DNA of 64,000 bases from Eledone cirrhosa (taxonomy: Eukaryota), in contig OZ024741.1 of assembly GCA_964016885.1 (NCBI GenBank), positions 42,842,001-42,906,000 of the forward strand, written 5' to 3'. The translations under genes were made by a program, and so were the position numbers. Under the pieces are notes generated by a model. The model searched no databases. It was not told where the DNA came from and saw only the letters and a program-made list of their open reading frames with translations. Of this stretch, positions 36,826-51,234 are shown one piece after another (the first letter of the stretch is position 1; each line of letters opens with the position of its first letter).

Positions 36826-38760
36826 TATTATATATATATGTGTCCTAGTGTGTGTGCGTGCGCTCGTGCGTGTGGCGTGTGTGTGTGTGTGATTGCGTGT
36901 ATGTGTTTGTGTGTATTTGTGTTAGGATGGATACGTAAGAGCGATATAGTGATCTGTCATGGGTATTTGTATTTTAAACCTGGCGGAGCCTATCACATTC
37001 CACGTGTGAACTCAGCCGATGTTTCCAGAGATCGAGAAAGAGGTTGAGAGGAAGTGAGAAAGAACTATAAAGGAAGAACCGACTCCAGTACTTCACAGGC
37101 ACTTTTAACTGCCTCGAAAACAGGATAAGTAAACTCAGGGTACAGAAATCCGGAAAGTATTCCATCTGATGTTCAAACAATTCTACCAATTCACCGCCTT
37201 TCACACACACAAACACTTACACCCCTCCACACACACATATATATATATATGCATAAATTGTCAATACGTCTGACATATATTAAGGCAAGGTGGTAATATA
37301 TGACGGAGGTAGTGTAAGGGTACACCACCTTGCCCGATCTCTCAGGAATAGTTTCCTTTCGGCTAGTTTCTGTGTGAAAGTGGTCAGTTTGATTTCGGTG
37401 ACACCCAGAGCATCTTCGAGAAGTAGATAGGTATTTACAAAAGAGGGAAGACTCAGGTTGGGGGGAAAACAGCTATCGTTGTCTTATTAAGTGTGTGTGT
37501 GTTGATGTCCTCTCTCTTTCCATCACTGCCTCCATCTCTCTCACTCTCCCCTCTCTCTCACTATTATATGGTTGATGTCCTCTTTCTATCACTCACTGCC
37601 CCCGACTCTCTCTCCCTCAGCTTCTCTCACTATTAGATCGTTGATATTTTCTTTCTTTCACTCACTACCCCCGATTCTCCCACTCTACCCCTCTCTCACT
37701 CTCCCCCTCTCTCACTCTTTTCATCTCCCTCACTATCCCCATCTCTCTCATTCTCCCCATCTCTCACTATTATATGGTTGATGTCCTCTCTCTTTCACTC
37801 ACTGCCTCCGATTCTGTTGCTCTCCCCATTTCTCACTATTATATACAAATAGGAGCCCACGCGCTGGCCACCCCGTGGTCCTGGCGAATATAATAGAGAA
37901 ATCGTTTCCCCGGAGGACAGTGAGGAAAACGTGTTGGAAGAGCCATTCCAGGGCTTTCGTGAAATGAAGCGCAAGATTCTTGCGTGGTATTTCAGGATTG
38001 TGAAGTGTTGTGTAGTCTGTCTGACTTGGAGCCGCAAAATGATTATCATAAATAACGGACGTGCTTCTACAGTTGTTGCTGTTACTATTATTCCAATTGT
38101 CTTCCTTCCAGTTCATGATGTTCGTGATGCTGTTGTTATTGCATCTGTTATTGCTGTTGTTTTTCTTTTTAATTCCTCATCTGTGTTGTTATTTTCATTA
38201 ACTCCAAACTAAAGCAAATTTAATAAATCTGTCCTTAGATCAATGTAGTTAAAATTTCAATGTTTTCAATAGATTGCTTTTATAATTTACTTTTAATTTT
38301 TGTCAACAATCTCAAACATAATATACTACTGTGTCTATTGATACAGTTAGACAGACAGTGAAAACCAACAACGTAAAAACAACAAAAATTACTTCAATAA
38401 TTGTTTAAAAAAAGCATAAAATATCAACACAAAATATAAGGGAACAAATAAAAGCAAGAATGACTATTAATTGAGTTGACTATGAATATATACACTGAAT
38501 TTTTATCAACTGAAGAAGTGGGGGAGAGCAGTGAAAGCTTAGTCTTGGCAATTATATTTTACGTTTGTTTTCTTTTAATCATTTATTGACGTGTTTTCAT
38601 GACTACATTCTTACTAGGTTGTTGAATATATTATTGGCATATAGCATAGTCAGATATAAAATACTTTTTGCGACTTGGAAACACATTTGAAGCAATGTAA
38701 ATCATTGATTATACTTTTGGCAGAAGGCCAGTAATTACGCCAGAGCATTATTGGATAGGG

Positions 38761-38985
38761 AAGGTTCGTGGCTGTGTGGTTACAGAATTGGATTCGCAAT
38801 CGTAAGGTTGTGAGTTCGATTCCTGGACCGGGCGATGCGTTATGTCCTTCAGCAAGACACTTTATTTCACGTTCCTCCTTCTACCTGAAGTTGCGACTAA
38901 TAGATAACATTAGCAATTGGAAAGAGGGACGGAAACATTGTTTCCTCGGTCCGATTCGACGAAAGTCGATCGACTGTTGATTATT
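38761..38985 (+). mobile_element. tRNA-derived SINE family B
   Basis: GTGGCTGTGTGG A-box, GAGTTCGATTCC B-box, TGTCCTTCAGCAAGACACTT core-like segment, 3' TCGAC-GAAA-GTCGA hairpin. Confidence 0.85.
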
Positions 38986-38987
38986 GG

Positions 38988-39372
38988 TGAAAGGTGAAAG
39001 GCAAAATTAACCTCGGTGGGATTTGAACTCAGAACGTACAGGGACATAAACCTATGCTGAAATGCATGGTGTCTGACGCTCTACCGACACTGCCAATCCA
39101 CAATGCTGCTGTTTCAGCTGCTGTTGCTACTGCTACTGCTGCCGCTGCTATTACTACTACTACTACTACTACTACTAATAATAATAATAATAATAATAAT
39201 TGTTTCTACTTTAGGCACAAGGCCAGAAATTACCCAGTGCATTACAGGTACTTTATTTTATCGACCCCGTAAGGATGAAAGGCAAAGTCAACCTCGGTGG
39301 GATTTGAACTCAGATCGTAAAGGGACGTAACTATGCTGGAAAGCATGGCGTCCGACCCTCTACCGATACTGA
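38988..39372 (-). mobile_element. Two SINE family A copies (38988-39100 partial; 39198-39372)
   Basis: Near-identical to 22866-23052; separated by (CTG)/(CTA)/(TAA) repeats. Confidence 0.85.
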
Positions 39373-39462
39373 TTTAGGCACAAGGCCGGTAATTTTGGGG
39401 GAGGCGAAAGTAGACCCGTAAGGATGAATGGCAACGCTTACTTGGTCTCCAACGTGTAGTGC

Positions 39463-39560
39463 TCACCGGTAGCACAGCCCGGCCAGGGATGCCTGGAAAT
39501 CGTCCATAGTCCCAGGCTCGAAGATTCTGCGGAAAACACTGGTCAGTTCGATTTCTCTCC
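39463..39560 (-). pseudogene. Small fragment of L1/Tx1 ORF2
   Basis: ELTSVFRRIFEPGTMDDFQASLAGLCYR matches the ORF2 C-terminal region of copies 2 and 3. Confidence 0.8.
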
Positions 39561-39847
39561 GAGAAGGTTGTAACCTGAAGCTATGATACATGTATACATA
39601 CACACTTAAAACACTGTATGAGCTTTGACACGCATGGAAACCTAGCTTGGAATTACAGGACAAGAGAAGGCAACACATCAATGCAGCAGCTGTAGTTGCA
39701 GAAGAAGAAGAAGAAGAAGAAGAAGAAGAAGAAGAAGAAGAAGAAGAAGAAGAAGAAGAAGGTTATGAGGATTTTGACGATAGTATCTATGACGGCGATG
39801 GTGCTGATGGTGTTGTTGACGCGGGTGATGATGATGATAAGTAATAA

Positions 39848-40937
39848 TGGTGAAGAAAAAATGTGGACAACATAAGGATATCTTCTAGAAATGAGGATGC
39901 ACTGGCAGTCTGAAAGAAATACACAGGATATCAATAATAAAAGAATATCCTGGACAGGACTTAAGCAAGCCGATTTGAAGTGTGCCACTGAAGGGCTTAT
40001 ACTTGCAGCACAAGACAAAGCTTTTGCTACTAATTCGGTGAAGTATCGACAGTCGATTGACTTTTCGTCAAATCGGACCGAGGAAACAATGTTTCCGCTC
40101 CTCTTTCCAAATGCTAATACTATCTATCGGTCGCATCTCCAGGTAGAAGGAGCAACGTGAAATAAAGTGTCTTGCTCAAGGAGATAACACATCGCCCAGT
40201 CCAGGAATTGATCTCACAATCTCACGATTGCGAATCCAATTCTCTAACCAGTCAGCCACGTGCCTTCGGTGAAGTATAGCATCTATAAATTGTTGACATT
40301 CAGAAAAGCAAACTTTGAAAAATATTTAGGAAATGTAGCCCAAATAGTAAGTGGACGAGAAAGCCTTGTGCAAAAAGAATACAAGCGCTGACTTGATAAA
40401 GTCTGTTTGTAACTTCATTAGCTGTTGTGTCGTAAATACCAATAAGAGGTAACAGTGAATTGGAATAAATATGTGTCTTGTAGACTACTGCAGAAAATGG
40501 GAAAGCAACAATATTCTGGGATTATGATTTTCATAATCCCAGCGGACATTGTCACATTGAACAAGAAAGACAAATACTGTCAGATCATAGAAGTGGCCAT
40601 ACTAAATGACTTGAATATTGTGGAAAAAGAGGCTGAGAAGATCACCAAGTGCTCTGAATTGAAAGTGGAGATGAAAACACAGTTTCGAATGAAAGAGGAT
40701 AATATGGAAATGATACCAGTTGTGATTGGTGAATTAGAGTCAATCCCTTTGGAACTTCAAGACATCTTAAAGCCGTTGGGAATACAATGCAAGATTGGTG
40801 TGATAAAAACGCCAGCCTTGATAAGCACAGCGCTCATTTTAAGGAGTGTATTGTCTGCTTGAAATCCTTGTGGTAACTTGACAGATGACTAAATACTTCG
40901 GTGTATTAATCATCTACACTGCGTCACAAAGTTATTG
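39848..40937 (+). mobile_element. Old 5'-truncated Dong/R4-type RLE LINE, interrupted by SINE B
   Basis: LKCATEGLILAAQD, decayed PD..E..K RLE, IPVVIG..LILRSVL; TAA-like flanks. Confidence 0.8.
40047..40264 (-). mobile_element. tRNA-derived SINE family B with 13-bp TSD
   Basis: TSD TTCGGTGAAGTAT at 40034-40046 and 40265-40277; reverse complement of the 38761-38985 family. Confidence 0.92.
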
Positions 40938-43510
40938 TAATAAGAATAACAACCAGAATAAACATACGAAAGAAATGACGACGGTGGCAGCGGCGGAACG
41001 ACGACGACGACGACGAAGAAGAAGAAGAAGAAGGCAGGTGATGAGAATTATAATATTGATGACGGGGGTGACGGTGGTGTTGAGGCAGGTGACGATGATG
41101 AGAACATAACACACAAAATGAAAGGAAACATTCAAAAGTAATATATTAGACGCATAATATTATCTAAATAAGAAATAAAAGCAAAAGATAGAGAAGGTAA
41201 TTGGTGCTAATAATATTCTAGATGTCATTGTAATGAATTATAACTGCACCATTCTTAACTGTTAACTAAATGAATTACCATGCCTGATATGTAAGCAAGA
41301 AAAAATATTGATTCGATTTAAAAACATCTCCCACTAGCTGACATAGACACATTGTATTTATAATGAATGCAGTGTGTTGATATGTGTCTTCTGTAACTAG
41401 AATCGTATTTTAAAATACACGTGGTTTGACAGAAAAATATATGTATTTGAAAAAAATGGGCGAAACAAATAAACGTGTCTATAAAACATAGACAAAAGGA
41501 AATATGAAATATTTTTACTGTCTTCAAGAAAACCAACACACACAATGCTGGCTGCATTAATAGACATCTCTGGACATAATTGATAACAATAGAAACTCTT
41601 TCAAAGTATGTTCTAAATAATATAACATTGCAAAATATTATAATCATCGTACATCTTGATTTTGTCAAGTAATATCCATTATGGAGACGATCGTTATCTA
41701 ACAAGTAGATGACAAAAAGCGAATTCACACAATAGGAATCACATGACTAAAGAATTTATATTGAAGGGACTCTTTTATTTCGACTAAATCACTCACAAAA
41801 GTATCTAATAAACATATCACACGTGTCATACTAAGGACCTTAAATGAATACAGAAATAATAAGAAAACGAAGAATTAGTGAAAACTACATCAAAGTGCAA
41901 TGTGGCTATTATAATGGAATGTTATATCATACAGGCACACCATAATTGGAGAAAGATTTGAGAAAATGGTAGTTACACATACATTATCAAATACACCCAG
42001 TTACACCTTACATTCTCAGAAGGATGAAAGTTTAATGACAGGGCTCTGTAATCATTGAAGCAAATCACTACACGAGGATTCAGAAGCCACACATGAAACA
42101 AACCAAACATAGATGCAACAAATTTTAATACGTTTTCAGGTAAAAGCAATAAGTATCAGTTTTTATTATATGGCCATCTCAATATTCCGTAGGAAACAAC
42201 AATCAGTAGAAGAACATACAAGTAGTAAATTTATTTGAAGATGTTCCTACTAATGTATATTATCTCAAAATAATATTGGACTTGAAGAGAAAGCAAATAC
42301 TAACGACTCAACTAAAATTTATGGAATACATATAAAGGCTGTAGTGAACCATAGAAAATGTGTCGCTAGAAATAAATATAATTTCAAAGAAAAATCTACT
42401 TAGATACATTTATAAGAGGAACTATCTCCAGTGTTGAAGCAGTAAACCAAGGCGGTTAGTAAGGTGTTATAAAATCAATTTCTACCTTTAGTACAAGGCC
42501 GCACATTGTAGGAAGTGCTGTAAAGATTGATGTATATATTTTATTAATCTAAGGATTGTTGGTATAGTCATCTTAGTTGAGATTTGACCGTCAACACTTT
42601 AAAGGCAAATGTAAATACTGCAATGCATTGTGTTTCGTACTCAACAACATTTATAGTGGTTATAATTTTAAAATAATACAACTATTAAGAAGAAATCGCT
42701 ACATCAACAAATCTTACTTGTGCAAAAAAAACAAAAATCAAAAAAATAAAACACGCACATACACACATACACACAATTATAAAAAGGAAACAGTGTGCAA
42801 AGTAAGAAGCTAGATTGAAAGACAAATACATTTGTTGATGTAGAGAGAAATATGCAAACAAAATTAAAATATTGAAATTAAGTTACAAATAAAAAATGAA
42901 GTTTTGGAAGTGTATAAGGTTAAAACAGAGAGATAGAGAGTGTGAGAGACAGAGGAAGTGAGCGAGGGATATGTAGAAGGATAGTTAGATAAAGATTTAA
43001 AAAATACAAAAACATCAAATCTTGTTTAAACACGAAATGTTTCAAAGAAATTAAAAAAAACACATTTCACTGAAGCTTAGCTAAATCAAAGAGTGAGTAA
43101 AGAATCACCACTACAAACAGGAACACAAGAAATAGAGTATAACGTGTTGGGTTAGAGTAAAAAGCTTTCCCTGCTGCCAAGGAGAATTTAGCATAAATGT
43201 AAAGAACAGTAACGGTGAAGTATAGCAATCGATTGAGATATATTTTAGGGGCAAAAGACATACAGAGATACAGATACACATAGAGATACACAGAAGTATT
43301 ACATTAATAAAACAAACCGGACATACACAGATAGAACATGCAAACAAACTAGTGACAATTAAATAAACGTATAAATGAATAAACAGATAAATATATGAAA
43401 CTAGATAAATAAATAAATAAATAAAAACACACAAACACAAACGCAAACCCGAATATAACGCATGCGCAGCCCAAGTACACAGCTCATAAACACAAGATGG
43501 TATTATCTAA

Positions 43511-43735
43511 CTATCTCGCTCGGGATACACCCCTGGGTTTCCTGCTTGTTGGTTTTGTCAGTAACATCTGTCCAGCGATTAATTCCTGAGACATTCTAAC
43601 CACAGACCCATAGTATCGGAGTTGTGATCTCTCCGTCTCTACCTGGAGGGACTCTCTGATATCCGAACTACGTACTCTATCGAGTAACGTTACTCCAAAT
43701 ACCATTCGGTATAAAAAGCGGGAAAGGTTCCTAAA
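43511..43735 (-). mobile_element. RTE-clade LINE 3' fragment
   Basis: GVTLLDRVRSSDIRESLQVE..ERSQLRYYGSVVRM..RKPRG. Confidence 0.75.
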
Positions 43736-44399
43736 AACCACAAGTCAAAAAAGAAAAGAAACCTCAACCTCAACCTCAGCTCCATCATCTCATTTCTCTA
43801 CACTTATACGGGAGTACAAAACATGGTTTAGTGCAACATATTAGTAGCAATCTGACAGAGTTGTGAGAACCACGTATAGAATTATTTGCGGCATGTGTTA
43901 CGTTCAAATATTGCCGAGGTCAACTTGCCTTTCCTCATTTCCGAATCAATACTGAGGTCGATATAACTGACTTCGCTTCCACCCAAAACATGTCGAAAAT
44001 TGAAAACCATTATTAGATAATATGAATATAACCATATGAAAATACAATAGATGATATAATCTAAAATATAGACAGCATATTGCCAGTGCGGTTAGTGCTT
44101 CGAATAGAATATTTTGAGGTATCCATTCCAGCTCATTAAGTACCTTTAGCTCTCATCATTTTGGTGTCGTTAAAAAATGTACCAATTCAGTACTGAGATT
44201 GATTGGTTTTTTTCTTCTTCTTCCTCCATCTCTCTCGTTTTCGCCTTCTTTCTATCTCTCTTTTCTCTAGAAGAATTCAGATGTGGTCATTCCTTGAGAT
44301 ATATGGGTTTTTCCAGGTTTACAATGCCCAAGACAGTTTTTACTTCATAATGGTGCCTCTGCGATTTAATCAGGAGTTAAGAACGAAAGAAAGAATAAT

Positions 44400-44585
44400 T
44401 GTTTCTACTTTTGGCACAAGGCCAGCAATTATCCCAGTGCAGTAGCGCTGCTTTATTTTATCGACCCCGTAGGGATGAAAGGCAAATTTAACCTCGGCGG
44501 GATTTGAACTTAGAACGTAAAGAACCATAACTCTATGCTGAAAAGCATGGTGCCTGACGCTCTACCGATACTGCAAATCCCCACC
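44400..44585 (-). mobile_element. SINE family A with imperfect TSD
   Basis: Flanked by AAAGAAAGAATAAT / AAAGAAGGAATAAT. Confidence 0.85.
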
Positions 44586-45350
44586 AAAGAAGGAATAATG
44601 TAAGCTGATAATAGTAATGAGGATATATAATTTAATAGTGCAGTGTTGAAATACTTGTTGGAAACTCCGTCCGTTTGAAGAAATGTACTTCAATGTTGAG
44701 TAGGAAATGGAAGAGTAATAGAAATAATGATGAACAGGTACGTGACCTAGTGGTGGAATGTAGCGTGGAACTTAACCAGATTTGATATGTGTTAAACGAG
44801 TGAAAGTACAAATCGCTCTCCCATGTTGACAGGACACTATTGCGTCACACAACGAACCACTTATAATAATTTTCTGTCGTGAGAACTGAAGAAATACAAA
44901 ATTAAGTGCCTAGCTCAAAGATACAACTTATTATCTACCCACGAATGTAGTATAATCATGAGCCCAATACATTTGGCCACGAGCCATTGCATTAATAAAA
45001 GACTACAAGAATAAGCATAATAACCTAGATTTATTTTAAGGTGTTACATTCAAGCATAGTGTTAGAATTGCACATCCACACACTATATATGAACGACTAT
45101 GGACATATACACATATAAATAATGTCACAGGACTTTCACACATAGGAAAAAGTGTAAATATATGAGGATATAAAAATCTGTATGCCTGCTTTTGCAAAGT
45201 TTTATCGAGGCATCATAATAAATGTCATATGAAAATGAAAATGATAAAAACAGTTTAAAAACTACAGGCACTCATTACTACTCTCCATTATATAGTCAAA
45301 ACACGTATTGTAAATAACACTGTAATAATAATAATAATAATAATAATAAT

Positions 45351-48300
45351 GATTTCATTTATTGGCCACAAGGGCCGACATATAGAGGACAATACAACAG
45401 ACTGGGACAGTGGGGTTTTACAGAAAAATCGAGTAAACAATATGAATAACAATAACAAAGTATCAATAACAAAGTAACAATAAAGTAACAATAAAATTAC
45501 AAGAAAAAATTCCCAAATATGAGGGATGACCACCTAGGGTTCGATCAGGTACCCCACCAGTCCTGAACTACCCGACGCTTTGAGAGCACCCTGGAAGGGC
45601 ACCCCTCAAATTTACCTACCTATAGCCGCATGATCAGAGTAGGCCCACTCACACGGGCCATTCTAGCCACATTCACCCACCATTCAGCAAATGTACTGGC
45701 GGGCAGCACTTCTCTCTCCACTCTCACCTTCCTTTCCAAGTGAAACTTGAAAAAGTTGATGAGGGATTGGCCGAAGAGAAAAGTGTCTGTCTTCAATCCT
45801 TTCAACCTCGTCGACCATACAACCTCTTTCGCTACTGCCACCAGACAGAGGAAAATTGCCTGCCCTTCCTGGCCAAAAGAAGGCGGCGGGTCGATTTTCA
45901 CTATGGACTCGGCCGATAGCCGGATCCGTTCTACACGCGACAACAGCTGTTCAACATAACTCCACAAGTCAGTAATGCAGGGACACTGGACGAGTGCGTG
46001 CAGAACGGTTTCGTCGCTCTGTGCGCATCTCGGGCAGGTCCGTCTGACAGCACTTCCGTTCCTGTAGAGTTTATCTCGAACCGGCAGTGCCCCCCGGTAA
46101 CACTGCTAAGCGAGGGATTTTTGAAAATTATCCATCGTCCCCGGCTCAAAAGTCCTCCGGTACAGACTGGTTAGTTCGACTTCGTTGACTCCCAGAGCCT
46201 CTCCGAGTGCGTCGTCGCACTTGCCCACCACTAATCTTCTATAGAACTCGAGAGTGGAAGTTCCACTGACCTCATTGCCCGCTTGGTCGAGGGCAGTGAG
46301 TGCCTGGCAACATTCCAGATGCCAGTCACCCAGTCTCGGTCTCTTCTTGACCCAAGACTGCAGCTCAGTCAAAGAAACGAGCTGCGGAAAGGCCCGTCTG
46401 ACAAACGGCGACCACATCTGTTCACCGTTTAGGCAGAATATCTGGAGACGCCGCAGCCTCAGCGCGTGCCTGCACATCATTAGCCACGGCATGCCCAGCC
46501 CTCCACGTAGAGGGTGCTGGCAGCAGATGGACCGCCTCACCAGCGGAACCTGACCCCTCCACAAAAATTTGAAGAGGAGACGCTCCAAAATGACGAGGCG
46601 CGAACGGGAGCAAGAGACGACGGTCAGACGGTAGTAGATGACGGACGCGATGTACGCGTTCGCCACCTCCGCCCGACCTTTCAGTGATAGCTTCATCCCA
46701 GCCCATTTCTGGGTGAGACTGGCTACCCTGCCCGTCACCTCGTCCCAATTCTTATCCACCTGGAGGTCTGGCTCGAACCAAACCCCTACAACTTTACCAG
46801 TCCGTCCGTCCAGCGCCTAACGACGCTGTTAGACGGCATGGACATGCCTCTCCAGGTGCCGAGTTGCAAGCCCACCGACTTTTCCGGGTTAAGTTTTGCT
46901 CCCGTCAACCTTTCATATTCCTCCAATAAGTTGCCGACCACCTCGATTTCTGAGGTGTCCGACACCATCACTGTGATGTCGTCCGCATAAGCCGACACAG
47001 CCTTTCCGCGTCCCGGTTCGAGCGGGATGCCCTGCAACAGCTCCAGCTTCCGCAGTCATGGCTCGAGAGTCATTACGTACAGAAGGGAGGAGAGAGGGCA
47101 CCCTTGACGGACCGATCGGGAGACCTGAAACGGTTCCGAGAGGTGGCCATTAATTTTGACCATCGAGCAGGTGCCGCTGTGCATTGCAGCGATCCAGCTT
47201 CTGAAGACGGGGCCGAAGCCAGCCGCCTCGAGGACAGCCTCCAGGTACCGATGGTCGACCCTATCGAATGCTTTCGATTTATCTAAATTGATCAGAGCCC
47301 CACCGAAGCCAGGTTTACACCCTACCCTGTCTATGATGTATCGCATTAAGTGGAGGTTGTCGTGTATGGACCTGGTTGGGATTGCGCAAGTTTGCGCCTC
47401 CCCAACCAACTCCCCGACGACAAGCGCCAACCTCTTCGCTAACACCCTGGTTGAGTAGAGTTATGGGCCTGAAATTGTCTAATGTGTCCCTCTTGTTCTC
47501 GTCTTTCCGTATCAGCATCACTACGCCCCGGCTCACAGAACTGGGAATACTCCCGTTTTGCTGCCAGTTGCAGTAGAGAGCTTCGAGGAGATTGGAGAAC
47601 AAGTCTGGCATATTTACGTAAAGCTCGTAGGGCAGACCATCCAAACCGGGTGACTTGTGCCTTATGCAGCTGATAAGGGCATCCTGAATCTCGGCTGAAG
47701 TAATTGGCCTTTCGCAGCGCCCAGCGTCAGCCGTCGAGAGTTGCGGCAAGCCATCGAGGTAGGGACTGAAGTCCGCCACCATCTCTGACCCGCCACCTCC
47801 CCCGAACAACCGAGCAAAATGTTGGCGAAAGGCCTCACACATCCTCTTGGAATCGCTCAGCTCGAGCCCGTCTCGGTTCGTCAAAGACCGAATCGTGGTT
47901 TTATTACCACGCTGCGCCTCTGCCACGCGGGCCCATCGAACAGCTTTGGTTCCCTCGTTTCTCAGAGCACGCGCCTTAGCTCTGACAATGCAACCTTCGT
48001 GTTTCGCATTGAAGAAATGGTCTAATGCCATTCTCGCCGCTAGCACGTCAGTTGCAATACCACTACCAATAGCATCGTCTAACTTATCTTCCAACTCCCC
48101 CTCCTTTCTATTTTTCTCTAACGCTACTTCTTTGCTAAACTCTATCGACATTACTCTAATCTCTCTTTTGAGAGCCCCCCAGCATCTATTGTTGACGACT
48201 CCCCCTGTCAACTTTTTCTTAACTAAATTGTTGACCTGGTCCCTGTAAGCCTTACGTGCCAGAAATGACATGTTTAGCTTCCAGTAACCAGGTCCTAACC

Positions 48301-51186
48301 TACGCGTCTTATCTAGGTCGACCATACAGATCACACACTTGTGATCTGAATAGGCGACCGTTTCAAAACGTGGACAGCTTACACTATTTCTGTCTATTTT
48401 CCTAATTAATATCCTGTCTATATACGATCTAGATGACCCTATGCGGTTAGCCCAGGTCCACACTGGCGCATTAGGGAAATTTAGTCGGTACCTGTCAGAC
48501 AGTTGGAACTGGCTGATCAGGTTCTTGAGGCTTTTGCACCCCCCGCTCCTATCGGATACTCCCACACAGTCCCAGCGTGCGTCTAAGATGCCGTTCCAGT
48601 CCCCCGCTAACAGTAAAGGGCGAGACGTACCCAGAAAGGCATCCAGGCGTCTAAAGAAGTCCGGCCGTCCTGCCCCAGTAGGAGCATAGACGGCCACCAG
48701 TCTAAAGGCACCACCTTCGTTATTGTTCACGTCCAGGACCACCAACTTCCTCCGGTTCCCGGAAGATCGACCTTACCTCGAGATCCAGGCCTTTCCTAAA
48801 CAGCACTGCCACCCCGCCTCCCATTCCCGGCCGGCTAACAGATGCAAAGATCTGATACTTGTTCAAAATGGGGGCTAGTGCGCGCGTGTCGGAAATCCTG
48901 GTATCGTTGACGGCAATTACATCCATTTCTATAAACCTGAGGTCGTTGAGCAGGTGACCCTGCTTCCAGGACGATCCCAGGCCTCGAACATTTAAACATC
49001 CTACTCTTAATACGGCCATGTTGGCAGGTTAAAAGGAGAGAGGGGAAGGTTTACTTACCTTCCGGGCTCTTGTGAAGGTCGGGTTGTTTGACCACCATAG
49101 TTGGTGGGGTTTCTTTTGGGAACCCTTTTAAAAGTCTTGAAGTGGGTTTTACGTTCGGGGTTCCCACGTCCCGAGGAAAGCTGTCTCGTATTTCTTTGAA
49201 TATATCGAGCGACATTCGCACCAGAATCAAATCTTCCGGCACGCGAAATGTGCTCGATTTAAAAATTTTCCCCTCTTTTTGTATATTTTCACTTCGTGCT
49301 ACGAGGGCCATCACTTCCTTGTTGGCCCTCCTGACGAGCACGAAGTTTTGTAAGTTTTCTTGGTGTGATTTTATTGTTTGCGTGGTTGTGGTGGTGATGG
49401 TTTTGGTGGTGTTGTTTCGGTTGTATCTGTGTTTGTTGTGAGTGTGGTGTCTGTGGTTTCAGATGTTTGTGTGTATATTTGTTCTTGCGTCTGTTTAGGT
49501 TGTTTGCGTTTAGGGGATTCTGGTGATGGTGATGGTGGTGTTGATGTTGGTGTTATTGGAGAGATGTTTGCGTGGGTGGTCTCTGCGTTTTTTTATTGTG
49601 GGTGATTTTTGTGCTTTGGTGATTTTGGTAGATGAGGGGACTGTGTCTGTAAGTGTGTCTGTATGTATGTTTATGGTTTTATTGGTGTGTGTATTTTTGG
49701 GGGGAGGCGGAATTTGACAGCTTTCCTCGTTTCCCCCCCTGGGTGGTCAATGCTGGTGGTGGTCTTTCTATTGGTGTTGTTGGTGGTTTTTCCGGTGCTG
49801 GAGTTGGTTGTGGGCCTCGCCCCGGCGTCGGCAGCAGTGGAGCCTTCCGACCCTTACCTCTTTCAGCAGTTGAGGGAAGAAGGCTCGCAAATGGGATTTT
49901 TCCCCACAAAGAAAACACTGCGGCCTTTTGCCTTCGGTCATAATGTTAATGACCGTCCCATACTAAAGGCGGATGTGGTCCGGGATTGTCTTCACATTCT
50001 CGAGCCTCATCTGGAGAAGGATCTCCAGGTCAACCCCGGACCAGTCCTCTCTGGCCGTTCTGGTCACTTCTATAGGGACGGTATCCGTCCCCTCCACAAT
50101 CACACATCCCAGAAGCCACCACATGTCAAGTCCTGGTGGGATTCTGGGAATGCGGAGACGGGCCGTTCTTTTTCCCATGTGGGAGGGGTACATTATGACC
50201 TTGCTGGTTTTGCACTGAGTCATAGCGTGTTTCATAGCGAGGGCTTCTGACTTGAACAACACCGAAATGGTGCCGTACTGTCTGCCCCTCTCTATGTATT
50301 CGGTGTCTTCTCTGATGCACCTCAGCGCGACTTCGACATCTGCTTGTGGGATTAAAGCTGCCCTTTTGGTTTGTGCTGAGATGCATCTATAATGCACCGT
50401 TCTGCGCCCCACTGCCTCAATAGCTTCTAGCGGGACAGTTAAGTTGGCCCAGGTTTGCTCTTGCTTGATGAGCTTCCATACCTGGGCCAACTTTTCATCT
50501 TTATTTGAGAGGTTCATGTTGAAGCATGGCCTCTTTTTTGCTGCTGCCGCAGCGAAGGTGTTCTTCTTATTTTCGTTGGGGGTGTTGTTGTCGTTGTCGT
50601 TGTTCTTGTTGGTTTTGTTGTTATCACTTTCGCTGTTATCATTGTTGTCTTTGTTGCCACCGTTGTTCTCGGTGCAGTTGGTATTGTTGGTATTGGTGTT
50701 GTCGCTATTTGTTTTCATGTTAGTGGTGTTGATATTGTTATTGATTTGTCATTTTTTTTTGTTATCTGTATTTTCGTTGTCGCTGTTACTGTCATGTTTT
50801 TCAAAATTAGAGTTCTCATTGGTATCATTGGTGTCTTTGTTTACATTGTTTGTGGTGGTGTTTGTGTTATAAATTTGTGTTAATTTCGCTGTAGCGCTCC
50901 TCTCAACTTCCACGTCGTTGTTGCACGACAGCAGAAATATAGCTGGGGTGGGGGTGGGGTGAATGGGGGGGGGGCTCAGCCGTGTTTCTTTTTTCTCCGT
51001 AAATGTTTTAACATGTAAACAAAATTCAAATATTTGGGCCAAAAGGCCCAAATATACTTTCCCCTTCACAGGGCAATGTCTAAGGGCTTATATCCCTTAC
51101 ACAACAAGAAATATTTAACAACAAATAATGTTTACAGGCAAATAAAGCGACTTACTGGGAGCGAGCAAAATACGTCCGCTTAGACC
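45351..51186 (-). mobile_element. Full-length L1/Tx1-type LINE, copy 2 (ORF1 and ORF2 broken by frameshifts and stops)
   Basis: ORF2 pieces 45620-49019 closely match copy 3; ORF1 pieces 49051-50970; (TAA)n at both ends; AATAAA before the tail. Confidence 0.94.

Positions 51187-51233
<47 letters not shown>

Positions 51234-51234
<1 letters not shown>

Noticed and set aside
38761-38830. tRNA gene
   Set aside because: A and B boxes are present, but the sequence continues into a SINE body and has a TSD-flanked paralogue.
41318-41728. 136-aa hydrophobic ORF as a possible host exon
   Set aside because: No recognisable domain or convincing splice sites; typical of AT-rich noise.
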